Below, piece after piece: positions 1 through 11,530 of a stretch of 64,000 nucleotides of DNA (position 1 is the stretch's first letter; the number at the start of each line of letters is the position of its first letter). Where the stretch lies: assembly GCF_006345805.1 (NCBI RefSeq), contig NC_043023.1:17484001-17548000 (forward strand), read 5' to 3'. The notes beneath the pieces were generated by a model that had not been told where the DNA came from, did no database searches, and saw nothing but the letters and a program-made list of their open reading frames with translations. The position numbers and the translations under genes were made by a program. Origin of the DNA: Octopus sinensis (lineage: Eukaryota).

Positions 1-28
1 CTTCAGCGTGTGTATGGAGGGGAGAAAG

Positions 29-490
29 TCAGGTGTAGTGTTGGCGAATCTCAGGAAGCATGGAAGTTTTGAAGGATGCAGTGCTCCGACAACTAACAAC
101 TGATGCTGGCAGTTTGTTCCATGCTTCAGCAACTCTCAGCGTGAAAAAATGTTTCCTAAAGTCATGGGAGCTGTGCTGTTTTCTTACTTTGTAAATATGT
201 CCACGGGTGTTAGATGGGTGGAGTTTGAAGAGGTGCTCAGAGTTATTGTTTGTGCGATGGTTGATAATTTTATGGGTGTCTGCCAAGTCAGCTGCCAGAC
301 GTCGGAGTTTCAATATTCCATGCCCAGGGAAGTAAGGCGTTCAGGATATGGCAAATGCCTGATGGAGGGTATTCTTTTGGTTGCACGTCACTGAACAGCT
401 TCCAGACGATTGATATCCTGGGCAAGATAGGGGTTCCAGACCGGTGATGCAAATTCCAGGTGAGGTCTTACCATAGCTATATAAAGCCGC
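29..490 (-). mobile_element. CR1/Jockey-group LINE, C-terminal ORF2 fragment (frameshifted)
   Basis: Minus-strand ORF pieces RPHLEFASPVWNPYLAQDINRLEAVQ and TRGHIYKVRKQHSSHDFRKHFFTLRVAEAWNKLP match post-RT motifs typical of CR1-like LINEs. Confidence 0.8.
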
Positions 491-675
491 AGATAGATAG
501 GAAAAAAACAGGGATGAGGAGAAATTTCCAGTATGTCACTCTGATGGGTAACTGATTGGACGGTTATTATAGGGCAAGTTTTGTGACTGACAGTAAAGAT
601 GAAATAAAGAAAGAAAAAGAGAAGATGAGGGAGATCTATTTTGTATGTTTTAGTAGGGTTAGTTCGTAGCGTATT

Positions 676-1178
676 TATTTCTTTATTGCCCACAAGGGGC
701 TAAACACAGAGGGGACAAACAAGGACAGACAAATGGATTAAGTCGATTATATCGACCCCAGTACGTAACTGGTATTTTATTTATCGAACCCGAGAGAATG
801 AAAGGCAAAGTCGACCTCGGCGGAATTTGAACTCAGAACGTAACGGCAGACGAAATACCGCTAAGCATTTCGCCCGACGCGCTAACGTTTCTGCCAGCTC
901 ACCGCCAAAAAACAGACGAAATACCTGTTTAGCCCCTTGTGGCTAAACACAGAGATGATAACAAGGAAAGAAAAAGGGATTAAGTCGATTACATCGACCC
1001 CAGTGCGTAACGGGTACTTAATTTATTGACCCCCGAAAGAATGAAAGGCAAAGTCGATCTCGGCGGAATTTGAGCTCAGAACGTAACGACAGACGAAATG
1101 CCTATTTCTTTACTACCTACAAGGAGCTAAACACAGAGAGGACAAACAAGGACATACAAACGGATTAAGTCAATTACA
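676..1178 (-). mobile_element. Nin/Deu-domain tRNA-derived SINE (family B), adjacent and partial copies
   Basis: Reverse complement has A/B-box head (TGGCAGAAACGTTAGC...GAGTTCAAATTCC), core GGTCGACTTTGCCTTTCAT...GGGTCGATAAA and tail CCCCTTGTGGG(C/T)A(A/G)TAAAGAAATA; the family recurs across the window. Confidence 0.8.
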
Positions 1179-1215
1179 CTTATATATATATACATATATA
1201 CGACAGGCTTCTTTC

Positions 1216-1625
1216 AGGAGTGGCTGTTTGGTAGCTTGCTAACCAACCACATGGTTCCGGGTTCAGTCCCACTGCGTGGCATCTTGGGCAAGTGTCTTCT
1301 GCTATAGCCCCGGGCCGACCAATGCCTTGTGAGTGGATTTGGTAGACGGAAACTGAAAGAAGCCTGTCGTATATATGTATATATATATAAGTGTGTGTGA
1401 ATATGTTTGTGTGTCTGTGTTTGTTCCCCTAGCATTGCTTGACAACCGATGCTGGTGTGTTTACGTCCCCGTAACTTAGCGGTTCGACAAAAGAGACCGA
1501 TAGAATAAGTACTGGGCTTACAAAGAATAAGTCCCGGGGTCGATTTGCTTGACTAAAGGCGGTGCTCCAGCATGGCCGCAGTCAAATGACTGAAACAAGT
1601 AAAAAGAGTAAAGAGTAAAAAGAGT
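1216..1625 (+). mobile_element. tRNA-derived SINE (family A)
   Basis: GGAGTGGCTGT..GGTTCCGGGTTCAGTCCC head, CTTGGGCAAGTGTCTT core, internal (TA)n(TG)n, GAAACAAGTAAAAGAGT tail; more than 12 copies in the window. Confidence 0.85.
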
Positions 1626-1690
1626 ATGGTGTTTTATATCTCATTAAGGTCATTATACACAGTTTTTTAAAATCACATATAAGCACAAAT

Positions 1691-1747
<57 letters not shown>

Positions 1748-1892
1748 TGTGTGTATAAATTTTAACACGTCACTTATATCCCAGCTAACTGTCACTTATA
1801 CACACATAGCTATTATTTATGCATTGAGTAATTTTCTAGAGATTTAATCTCCATTAAATGAAATATAGCTCTTTCTTTTCCCATTATTTCAG

Positions 1893-2016
1893 AACTCTAA
1901 GAAAATTAATGGTTTCAAAGATCTTAGTAAACTTGTGCATTTCTTTGGCTATCACTAATATCATCTTTCTTGCTGGGATGCAACCATATGCCTCAAAAAT
2001 AACAGGTGTTTGTAAG
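1893..2016 (+). CDS. Adhesion-type (family B2) GPCR exon: ICL1/TM2 (TLRKLMVSKILVNLCISLAITNIIFLAGMQPYASKITGVCK)
   Basis: Pyrimidine tract plus AG acceptor at 1891-1892, GTAAGT donor at 2017; phase joins the 3292 exon. Upstream exons lie outside the window. Confidence 0.85.
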
Positions 2017-2400
2017 GTAAGTTAAAAGATTTTTTTGCCTGTACGAATTTTGTTTGTATGAAACACCATGAACAACGGTTTATTGCGCCACCTTGATTTC
2101 ATTCAGTAACAGCCCAGGCTCTTTTCAAATTCCTTCCAGCATCACTAAATACTACATTTAATGCTGTTCGTCCCTGCATCGTATCATTTTACCAGTGCTT
2201 TAATTTTAGATAATGACATTACCTTTTATGGTCAGAAATACCAAGGAATGAGTGATTAGCATTTAAATCATCAAACTGTATTTTGTATAACATCTTTCTC
2301 ACTTCCCTTCACATTTATATAAACACCTGGACCACTACACCTGAGGTTTCTGTTCAACATTATTTCTGTTTTATCATATCTTTTACAGTCCTCCTATCAT

Positions 2401-2768
2401 GTGGAGGCACATGGCCTAGTGGTTAGAGCAGCGGACTCGCGGTCGAGGGATCGTGGGTTCGAATATCAGAACGGGCGATGTGTGTGTTTATGAGCAAAAA
2501 CACCTAAGCTCCACACGGCCATGCCTGGCTCTTGGGCCATGCCTGGCTCATAAGGGCCGGTTTCTCGGTTTCTTGGCGTATAGGTTCCCCGCCTGGACGG
2601 GACGCCGGTCCGTCGCAGGTGAGCTGCAAAATGCAGGAAAGAGTGAGAGAAAGTTGTGGCGAAAGAATCAGCAGAAGTTTGCCATTACCTCCGTGTGGAG
2701 CTTAGGTGTTTTTGCTCATAAACACACACATCGCCCTGTCTGATATTCGAACCCGCGATCCCTCGACC
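2401..2768. mobile_element. tRNA-derived SINE (family C): forward head plus inverted copy
   Basis: Head GTGGAGGCACATGGCCTAGTGGTTAGAGCAGCGGAC...GGGTTCGAAT at 2401; 2693-2768 is the reverse complement of part of that head; same family at 6870-7042 and 56359-56630. Confidence 0.8.
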
Positions 2769-3291
2769 GGTGTTTATATAAAGGTGAAGGGATGTGAGGA
2801 AGATGTTATACAAAATACAGTTTGAGGATTTAAATGTTAATTACTCATTACTTGGTATTTCTGATCATAAAAGGTAATGTCATTATCTAAAAATAAAACA
2901 CTGGTAAAATGATACGATGCAGGGACGAATAAAGCAGCATTAAATGTTGTATTTAGTGATGCTGGAAGGAATTTGAAAAGAGCCTCAGCCTGGGCTGTTA
3001 CTGAATGAAAGTCCTCCTATCTACTAAAGCAACAATTATTATTATTATTATCTAATGGGCACTGCTTGATTGGTAAATGCATCAAACGAAATTTCTTTCT
3101 CTTTTGATATGCGTCTCTAAGTTATGTGATGAAATTTCCATTTTAATTTCCATCCTTCTGGGTTCAGTAATATAAAATATCAATCAAGAACTGACATCTA
3201 CTTAACTATGTCCCACCCCTGCAAAACAATATATATTTGAAGCCATGCATGTAAATTATTGTTATCGTTATTCTTGTTGTTCTTGTTGTAG

Positions 3292-3436
3292 GCAGTGGCG
3301 GCTCTCATCCACTACTTCCTTCTGACTTCTCTCATGTGGATGGCTGTAGAAGCGCTTAATGTCTTCCTCGGTGTGGTCGTTGTATTCAAAACATATCAGA
3401 CATCTTTTATGCTGAGGAGTTCAATTTTGGCATGGG
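3292..3436 (+). CDS. Adhesion GPCR exon: TM3/ICL2 (AVAALIHYFLLTSLMWMAVEALNVFLGVVVVFKTYQTSFMLRSSILAWG)
   Basis: HYFLLxxxxWMxVEA motif characteristic of adhesion GPCR TM3; AG acceptor and GTAAGT donor; phase-consistent. Confidence 0.9.
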
Positions 3437-3557
3437 GTAAGTAGTTGAAACGAGACGTTAACATGTGGCTAGAAAGGTCCATTAAAAATATAAATTAAGT
3501 AATAAATCTTCCAGGTTTGGCCCCTGAGGCAGTCTTAAGTGACATTTCTATGCAAAT

Positions 3558-3970
3558 AGGCGCAGGAGTGGCTGTGTGGTAAGTAGCTTGCTAACCAACC
3601 ACATGGTTCTGGGTTCAATCCCACTGCGTGGCATCTTGGGCAAGTGTCTTCTGCTATAGCCCCGGGCCGACCAAAGCATTGTGAGTGGATTTGGTAGACG
3701 GCAACTGAAAGAAGCCTGTCGTATATATGTATATATATATATATGTATGTGTGTGTGTTTGTTTGTGTGTCTGTGTTTGTCCCCCTAGCATTTCTTGACA
3801 ACCGATGCTGGTGTGTGTTTACGTCCCCGTCACTTAGCGGTTCGACAAAAGAGACCGATAGAATAAGTACTGGGCTTACAAAGAATAAGTCCCCGGGGTC
3901 GATTTGCTCGACTAAAGGCGGTGCTCCAGCATGGCCGCAGTCAAATGACTGAAACAAGTAAAAGAGTAAA
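3558..3970 (+). mobile_element. SINE family A
   Basis: Full-length copy with the same head, core and tail as 1216-1625. Confidence 0.85.
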
Positions 3971-4247
3971 TAGTTTCAGTCTGATCTCATCTCTTGACAA
4001 AACCTAAATTGCTGATTTTTCACTTTCACCTGTCGCAACGAATAATATATGAAGTTGGTGAGAGCGAATTTCTGTCTTCCCTCTTCCACATAATTTATTC
4101 TTCATACCATTGTCCAAAATCCCCAGTATATTTTACGTTTTGTTTCCACTGAAGCATTGGATAGAAGATACAGTTCTATATTTAAGAGATGAGGAATTAT
4201 GTATATTATTTACGTTATTTACAATTGACGGATATTTTCCCTCATTT

Positions 4248-4559
4248 TGGTTGCGTAAAAAGCACCATCCGAACGTGGCCGATGCCAGCGCCGCCTTGAC
4301 TGGCTTCCATGCCGGTGGCATGTAAAAAGCACTAATCCGATCGTGGCCGTCGCCAGCCTCACCTGGCACCTGTGCCAGTGGCACGTAAAAAGCACCCACT
4401 ACACTCACGGAGTGGTTGGCGTTAGGAAAGGCATCCAGCCGTAGAAACACTGCCAGATCAGACTGGAGCCTGGTGCAGCCTTCTGGCTTCCCAGATCCCC
4501 GGTTGAACCGTCCAACCCAAGCTAGCATGGAGAACGGACGTTAAACGATAATGATGATG
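4248..4559 (+). mobile_element. SINE with RTE-LINE-type 3' tail (family D), 5' part missing
   Basis: Repeated GGCA(C/T)GTAAAAAGCAC motifs, TTGGCGTTAGGAAAGGCATCCAGCCGTAGAAAC, ends GGACGTTAAACGATAATGATGATGA; reverse copy at 50258-50578. Confidence 0.7.
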
Positions 4560-4560
4560 A

Positions 4561-4680
4561 CAACGCTTCGGCTGATATAGCCTCCAGCCTTCATCACCTG
4601 ATGAAGGCTGGAGGGTATATCAGCCGAAACGTTGTGTTAACAACAAACAAGATGAAGACAAATATCCGTCAACTATAAAT
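4561..4680. mobile_element. Penelope-like terminal repeat remnant with palindromic hammerhead core
   Basis: CTGATGA-AGGCTG..CAGCC-GAAAC at 4598-4630, preceded by a near-perfect inverted copy (4561-4596). Confidence 0.6.
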
Positions 4681-4914
4681 AATGTAGGATTGAATTTATA
4701 TATTAATCGCACCTATTTGTAGAACCTAAAGAATGAAATAGCAAAAACTGATCTTTGTGGATCGAAAGAGATATTGATTTCGATTTGAACTACAAACTTT
4801 TTTCTGAGCAAAAATATTGTCAACTAAATCGATTTAAATATCATATGTTTATGGTTTTAAATATTGATTAATGATCTTGCATATTTTATCAATTTCTGTA
4901 AATGTCCTTGTCAG

Positions 4915-4987
4915 GTCTTCCAGCTGTCATTGTCGCAATTACTCTGGGAATTAACTACACAAACAATTACACCAGAATTGCACAAGT
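4915..4987 (+). CDS. Adhesion GPCR exon: TM4/ECL2 (GLPAVIVAITLGINYTNNYTRIAQV)
   Basis: WG|LP motif completed across the intron; CAG acceptor, GTAAGT donor; phase 2 joins 7684. Confidence 0.85.
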
Positions 4988-5363
4988 GTAAGTATTTAAA
5001 TGGTTTATTCAGCTATTTCTCTGCGCTCCAAAACTATCATTTTGCTACATTTATTTACGTTTTGAATATTGAAGAATAATCGTTAAGTGCCATCAAAGTC
5101 ATGGCTTTCGTTAATGGTAGCGATAACATGCACTAACATGTAACGGTAATATATGAATCTAGTGCTTAAATTTACCCTTTCCACATTCAAGAGAAACAGC
5201 ATTACACTCCAACATTACTTCATCTTGAAAATGAGACTGCGAAGATCTAAAACCGTTTATTGATGGATTTGAGAAATCGTATTGCTCGAAAATAAACGCA
5301 AAAAACTCAGGAAAATATGAAAAATTAATAAAACTAAAACATTTTTATTACAATTTTATAGTT

Positions 5364-6235
5364 CTTCTTCTTCTTCTTCTAGCATTCACCCGGGGTGGGT
5401 TGAGCTGGCTTCATTCCTCCTCAATGCTGCATCTCTCACAAACGCTGACCAGGCCTGGCGATTTGAGGCTAACGACCGCGTGATCTCCCAATCACTCCTT
5501 ATTCCAGCGGCGAACGCCGTAGATATTGGGGCCTAGGTTGGGTTCCAGATCAGCCTTGACTGCTATCAGCCAGGTTTTTCGTTGTCCACCACGTTGCTTT
5601 CGCCAACCCTGAAGGGGAGCTGGGGCAATTGCTTCGTAGGTTGGGTTTCAGATCAGCCTTGACTGTCATCAGCCAGGTTTTTCGTTGTCCGCCACATTGC
5701 TTTCGCCAACCCTAAAGGGGAGCTGGGGCAATTGCTTCGTAGGTTGGGTTCCATATCAGCCTTGACTGTCATCAACCAGGGTTTTCGTTGTCCACCACAT
5801 CACTTTCGCCAACCCTGAAGGGAAGCTGGTGCAATTGCTTCGTAGGTTGGGTTCCAGATCAGCCTTGACTGTCATCAGCCAGGTTTTTCGTTGTCCACCA
5901 CGTTGCTTTCGCCAACCCTGAAGGGGAGCTGGGGCAATTGCTTCGTAGGTTGGGTTCCAGATCAGCCTTGACTGTCATCAGCCAGGCTTTTCGTTGTCCA
6001 CCACATCGCTTTCGCCAACCCTGAAGGGGAGCTGGGGCAATTGCTTCGTAGGTTGGGTTCCGGATCAGCCTTGACTGTCATCAGCCAGGTTTTTCGTTGT
6101 CCACCACATCGCTTTCGCCAATCCTGAAGGGGAGCTGGGGCAATTGCTTCGTAGATGAATTCTCCTGGTTGAGGACGGAGGGCATGACCCAGCCAACGCA
6201 GACGTTTCGTTAGGATAATCCTATTCCTCATGTAT
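5364..6235 (-). mobile_element. 5'-truncated RTE-clade LINE with (GAA)n tail, 12-bp TSD and internal 6x103-bp tandem amplification
   Basis: ORF RLRWLGHALR...RKRCGGQRKTW (RTE C-terminus); AATTTTATAGTT at 5352-5363 and 6236-6247; repeat starts 5536, 5639, 5742, 5845, 5948, 6051. Confidence 0.8.
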
Positions 6236-6541
6236 AATTTTATAGTTACCTTTACAGATATTGTATAGAAACTAGAGTCTGTACTGATTTGTTTCGAGGT
6301 TTTGTAAACGAATACCTCAATGTAAGCAATGCGATCGGAGATGGAAAAATTGTGCTTTTCCGCTATATTTAGTAGTTATTTAAGCAATAACTTCGTGGAT
6401 GAGTAATGGATGGATAATGGGTTTGGGTGTGGTGCAGAAAGAGATGCAAGAACTGAAATATGAATATACACCCATTGCCTATTTATATTTTTGTATATGA
6501 AACAACGTAACAAATCAGTTCTATACAATATATGTACAGAT

Positions 6542-6705
6542 AGGCGCAGGAGTGGCTGTGTGGTAAGTAGCTTGTTTACCAACCATATGGTTCCGGGTTC
6601 AGTCCCACTGCGTGGCATCTTGGGCAAGTGTCTTCTGCTATAGCCCCGGGCCGACCAATGCCTTGTGAGTGGATTTGGTAGGCGGAAACTGAAAGAAGCC
6701 TATCG

Positions 6706-6738
<33 letters not shown>

Positions 6739-7042
6739 GAGTGCGTGTGTGTGTCTATGTTTGTCCCCCTAGCATTGCTTGACAACCGATGCTGGTGTGT
6801 TTATGTCCCCGTTACTTAGCGGTTCGGCAAAAGAGACCGATAGAATAAGTACTGGGCTTACAAAAAAAGGAAAGAGTGAGAGAATGTTGTGCCGAAAGAG
6901 TCAGCAGAAGTTCGCCTTTACCTTCTGCCGGAGGCGCGTGGAGCTTAAGTGTTTTGCTCATAAACACACACATCGCCCTGTCTGAGATTCGAACCCGCGA
7001 TTGCGAGTCCGCTGCTCTAACCACTAGGCCATGTACCTCCAC
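6542..7042. mobile_element. 3'-truncated SINE A (+) fused to inverted SINE C (-)
   Basis: Family A from 6542 to ~6868, then reverse-complement family C to 7042. Confidence 0.75.
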
Positions 7043-7102
7043 AAGTATATTATGGTTGAAAAACGAAATACGGTCAACTCACAGGCAATTATTTTCAACT
7101 AC

Positions 7103-7503
7103 AGGCGCAGGAGTGGCTGTGTGGTAAGTAGCTTGCTAACCAACCACATCGTTCCGGGTTCAGTCCCACTGCGTGGCACCTTGGGCAAGTGTCTTCTACT
7201 ATAGCCTCGGGTCCACCAAAACCTTGTGAGTGGATTTGGTAGACGGAAACTGAAAGAAGCCTGTCGTATATGTATATATATATATATGCGTATGTGTGTT
7301 TGTGTGTCTGTGTTTGTCCCCCTAGCATTGCTTGACAACCGATGCTGGTGTGTTTACGTCCCCGTCACTTAGCGGTTCGGCAAAAAAGACCGAAAGAATA
7401 AGTACTGGGCTCACAAAATAATAAGTCCTGGGGTCGATTTGCTCGACTGAAGGCGGTGCTCCAGCATGGCCGCAGTCAAATGACTGAAACAAGTAAAAGA
7501 GTA
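7103..7503 (+). mobile_element. SINE family A
   Basis: Full-length copy. Confidence 0.85.
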
Positions 7504-7683
7504 CATGTTTAAGAGTAATTGTTCCCCTATATTCGGTAAGAATGTACGTAACTCATTGCAAGTATGAACCTGTCATTGTTGTGGATCAAAATCATTTCAC
7601 TTTAATCCCTATGTGATCCTTCACTTTATTGACCAGACATTTAACAAATTTCCTTCCTTAATCGATTTTCTATCTCTTTCTAG

Positions 7684-8200
7684 CTGCTGGTTATCGACGG
7701 TACCCTTCTATGCTGCCTTCCTGACTCCCGTGGCGATCATTCTCCTCGGCAACATCATAATATTCGTTGTCGTTATTTGGCGCCTTATCGCTATGCAAAA
7801 GGACAAAATATTTGAACACGAAAAAAGAAAAACACGCGTTTGGGGCATCGTGGGCCTGGTATTCCTTTTTGGATTATCGTGGGTTCTGGCATTCTTCACT
7901 GTTGGCGATGCAACCGAAGTGTTTAAATTTCTCTTTATAATATTCAATACCCTCCAAGGCTTGTTTATCTTCGTATTGTACTGCTTATACAAGGAAGACA
8001 CCAGAAACGTAATTTGCAAGTGTATATGTAATCAAAAGAAGAAGGATGTTGTGAAAAACAACAAATGTATGTATAACTTTGTCTTTATTTTTATTTATAC
8101 AACAACTAAAACCAGACCCAATACAAGGCTGATCATAAAAGGCACTTCTGCCAACTCAATCACGATCAACATCACCATTCTTAGACAGAATTCATCATAG
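7684..8200 (+). CDS. Adhesion GPCR last 7TM exon: ECL2-TM5-TM6-TM7 and C-tail
   Basis: CWLS..., [36 protein letters not shown] motifs; TTTCTAG acceptor at 7683. The end is uncertain: stop at 8200, or a donor GTATGT near 8067. Confidence 0.88.
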
Positions 8201-8231
8201 ATACCTACTCCACAACTGCTGCCATCCTCAT

Positions 8232-8232
8232 T

Positions 8233-8316
<84 letters not shown>

Positions 8317-9093
8317 TGTGTGTGTGTGTATATATATATGTATATATATATATGCATATATATATGAATATACATATGTGTATATATATATATGAATATA
8401 CATATATGTATATATATATGTATATACATATATGTATATATATATGTATATATATATATATGTATATATAATATATATATATATGTATATATATATATGA
8501 ATATACATATATGTATATATATATGATATACATATATGTATATATATATGTATATACATATATGTATATATATTATGTATATATATATATATGTATAATA
8601 TATGTATATATATGTATATATATGTATATATATATATGTAATATATATATGTATATACATATATGTATATATATATGTATATATATATAATATGTATATA
8701 TATATGTATATATATATATGTATATATATGTATATAATATATGATATATATATATGCATATATATATATGTATTATATATGTATATATAATGTATATATA
8801 TGTATATATATATATGTATATATGTATATATATATATGCATATATATATGTATATATATATGTATATATATCTATATCTATCTATATGCATATATATATG
8901 TATATTATATATATATGTATATATATATATATATGCATATATATATATGTATATATAATATATATGTATATATGTATATATATATATATGCATATATATA
9001 TATGTATATATATATATATGTATATCTATATCTATGTATATATATCTATATCTATGTATATATATCTATATCTATCTATCTATGTATGTATAT

Positions 9094-9176
<83 letters not shown>
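8232..9176. repeat. Compound (TA)n/(TATG)n microsatellite field
   Basis: Seen directly. Confidence 0.97.
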
Positions 9177-9180
<4 letters not shown>

Positions 9181-9423
9181 GCTTTTATCAATTCAATAAT
9201 GAAAAATTAAATTATACCATTCAGAAAAATTACATATAATAGAAAGATTAAATATAAGATAAAAAATATAACGATGATTAAGTAAATTACAAAATAATAA
9301 ATAAAACGTATATAACGAATATATATATATATATATATACATGTATATATATATGTGTGTGTGTGTGTGCGTGCGCGTGTATGTTTGTGGCATATTATAA
9401 CTTCTAAAAGTAATCTCAATACA

Positions 9424-9752
9424 ATTTAACATGAATTTTGCAAAAGCTTTTGACAAGTGGATCAAGGTATGACGTGCCACAAACTGCGTGACCTCGGCAT
9501 AGCTGGAAAACTTAGAGTGTGGTTACATGACTTCCTGAAAGATAGGAGTCAGGCAGTAGTGGCTAATGGAGCCACCTCTATGAACACACAAATAGTGAGC
9601 GGTGTTCCACAGGGCGCTGTCTTGGGACCACTGCTTTTTATAGTGGCCCTCTCAGATATGCCCTCAAATGCCCGGATAGCCATTCTGGCAAGCTATGCAG
9701 ATGATACGAAAGTCTCACAGGAAATACAGAACTCCGGTGATGTTGCACACCT
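9424..9752 (+). mobile_element. CR1/Jockey-like reverse transcriptase fragment
   Basis: AFDK.D...WLHDFLKDRSQ...SGVPQGAVLGPLLF...YADDTK. Confidence 0.85.
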
Positions 9753-9954
9753 CATGGAAGGCGTAACAAGATAGGAATGCATCTACAGGACCAAGAGGGG
9801 GTGTTACTGCTGCTAATTGTGCATTCATAACTTTACTATGTTGCAGAACCTTTTCCCCACAGTAAACTGCAGTGAAATCGCTTTAGAACTTAAAAGATAA
9901 TACTTAATCGGGCCTAAATCTTGCTTATTTCTCACCAGTACTTCGTGTTACAAC

Positions 9955-9956
<2 letters not shown>

Positions 9957-10005
<49 letters not shown>

Positions 10006-10120
10006 ATATATAGATGTATATATATATATATGTATATAGATGTGTATATATATATGTATATATATATGTATATATATATTTATATATATATGTGTATATG
10101 TATATATATGTGTATATATA

Positions 10121-10161
<41 letters not shown>

Positions 10162-10268
10162 TATATATATATATATGTATATATATATGTGTATATGTAT
10201 ATATATATATGTGTATATATAGTATATATATATGTGTATATATATGTATATATATGTGTATATATATG

Positions 10269-10299
<31 letters not shown>

Positions 10300-10491
10300 G
10301 TATATATATATATGTATATATATATGTATATATATATGTGTGTATATATATATGTATATATATATATATGTATATATATAATATATATGTATATATATAT
10401 ATGTATATATATGTATATATATATATATATGTATGTATATATATACATATACATATATATATGTAAATATATATGTATATATGTATGTATG

Positions 10492-10541
<50 letters not shown>

Positions 10542-10654
10542 GTGTGTGTGTGTGTGTGTGTGTGTATAGTTAATCCAAACAAGAAAGCACAAAAAAACAC
10601 AACGCGAGAACGTGGAACAAATATAGTATTATTGGACGCTCAGGAAAGAAGGAG

Positions 10655-10719
<65 letters not shown>

Positions 10720-10892
10720 GTGTGTGTGTGTGTGTGTATGTATATATGTGGCCTGCTCGCTTAGCGAGCGGGGTGGCGTCATTTGAATGCTAAAACAATG
10801 CGAAGCGCATTGTGACCAGCGATGTGTAGCAACATCTGATAGCCTGGTCGGTCACGGTGATATATATATATATGTATATATATATGTATATG

Positions 10893-10930
<38 letters not shown>

Positions 10931-10935
10931 CATAC
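9957..10935. repeat. (TA)n/(TG)n microsatellite fields with short interspersed inserts
   Basis: Seen directly. The 10748-10860 insert is a GC-richer unclassified piece flanked by microsatellite. Confidence 0.9.
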
Positions 10936-11165
10936 ATAAAAGCAGCAAAAACTAAAAGGACCATCATTTTGTGTAGAGATAGCTCTCTTGGAAGATATTT
11001 TTTAAGCGGTATTACCAATATTTTACGATAGAATCCTGGGATTAAATCCAATTTATGCAACCATTGTATTCAATATGAATTGCGTTGTGCCTCCATATTT
11101 CTTCTGCATCAATATCTTTTAACATAAGGGAAAAACCGTAGTGACAATTGGTGGTGTATATAAAA

Positions 11166-11530
11166 TACTAGCAGTATCGCCCGGCGTTGCTCAGGTTTGC
11201 AAGGGAAATAACTATAAAGCATTTTTAGAGAGTTATAGCCAAAAAATGGAAAAAAAAATTATGTTAAATTTTTTTTTTTTAGTTAAAAAGGTCGAGTTGC
11301 GTCCCCTAGACAGTCTGTGGTTTGTGTTTCTGATTCTCGACCCCATGTCGAATTTATCGATTTCTTTCAGAACTGGGGGAACTTTTCAAAATTTTCGCTG
11401 CGTTAGTTTTGAATTATGACATTGGGCTATGTGTGTGTCAAGTTTCATCAGAATCGGTTGAAAGCCGTGGTCAGGGTGAGGGTACAACCAAACAGACACA
11501 GACAAACTGCCGTTTATATATAGAGAGATA
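11166..11530 (+). mobile_element. Non-autonomous Helitron/Helentron-like element
   Basis: Starts ACTAGCAGTATCGCCCGGCGTTGCTC, ends ACAGACAAACTGCCGTTTATATATAGA; related reverse copies at 19314-19955, 21760-21932 and 49657-50047. Classification is by resemblance only. Confidence 0.6.

Noticed and set aside
2401-2480. tRNA gene-like sequences at SINE heads (also 17100-17188 and 56560-56630)
   Set aside because: A/B boxes are present but I could not fold a complete cloverleaf, and they continue into SINE cores and tails.
8095-10600. Long Ile/Tyr/His-rich ORFs on both strands
   Set aside because: Translations of (TA)n/(TATG)n microsatellites; the same applies to ORFs at 18157-18726 and 41085-41516.
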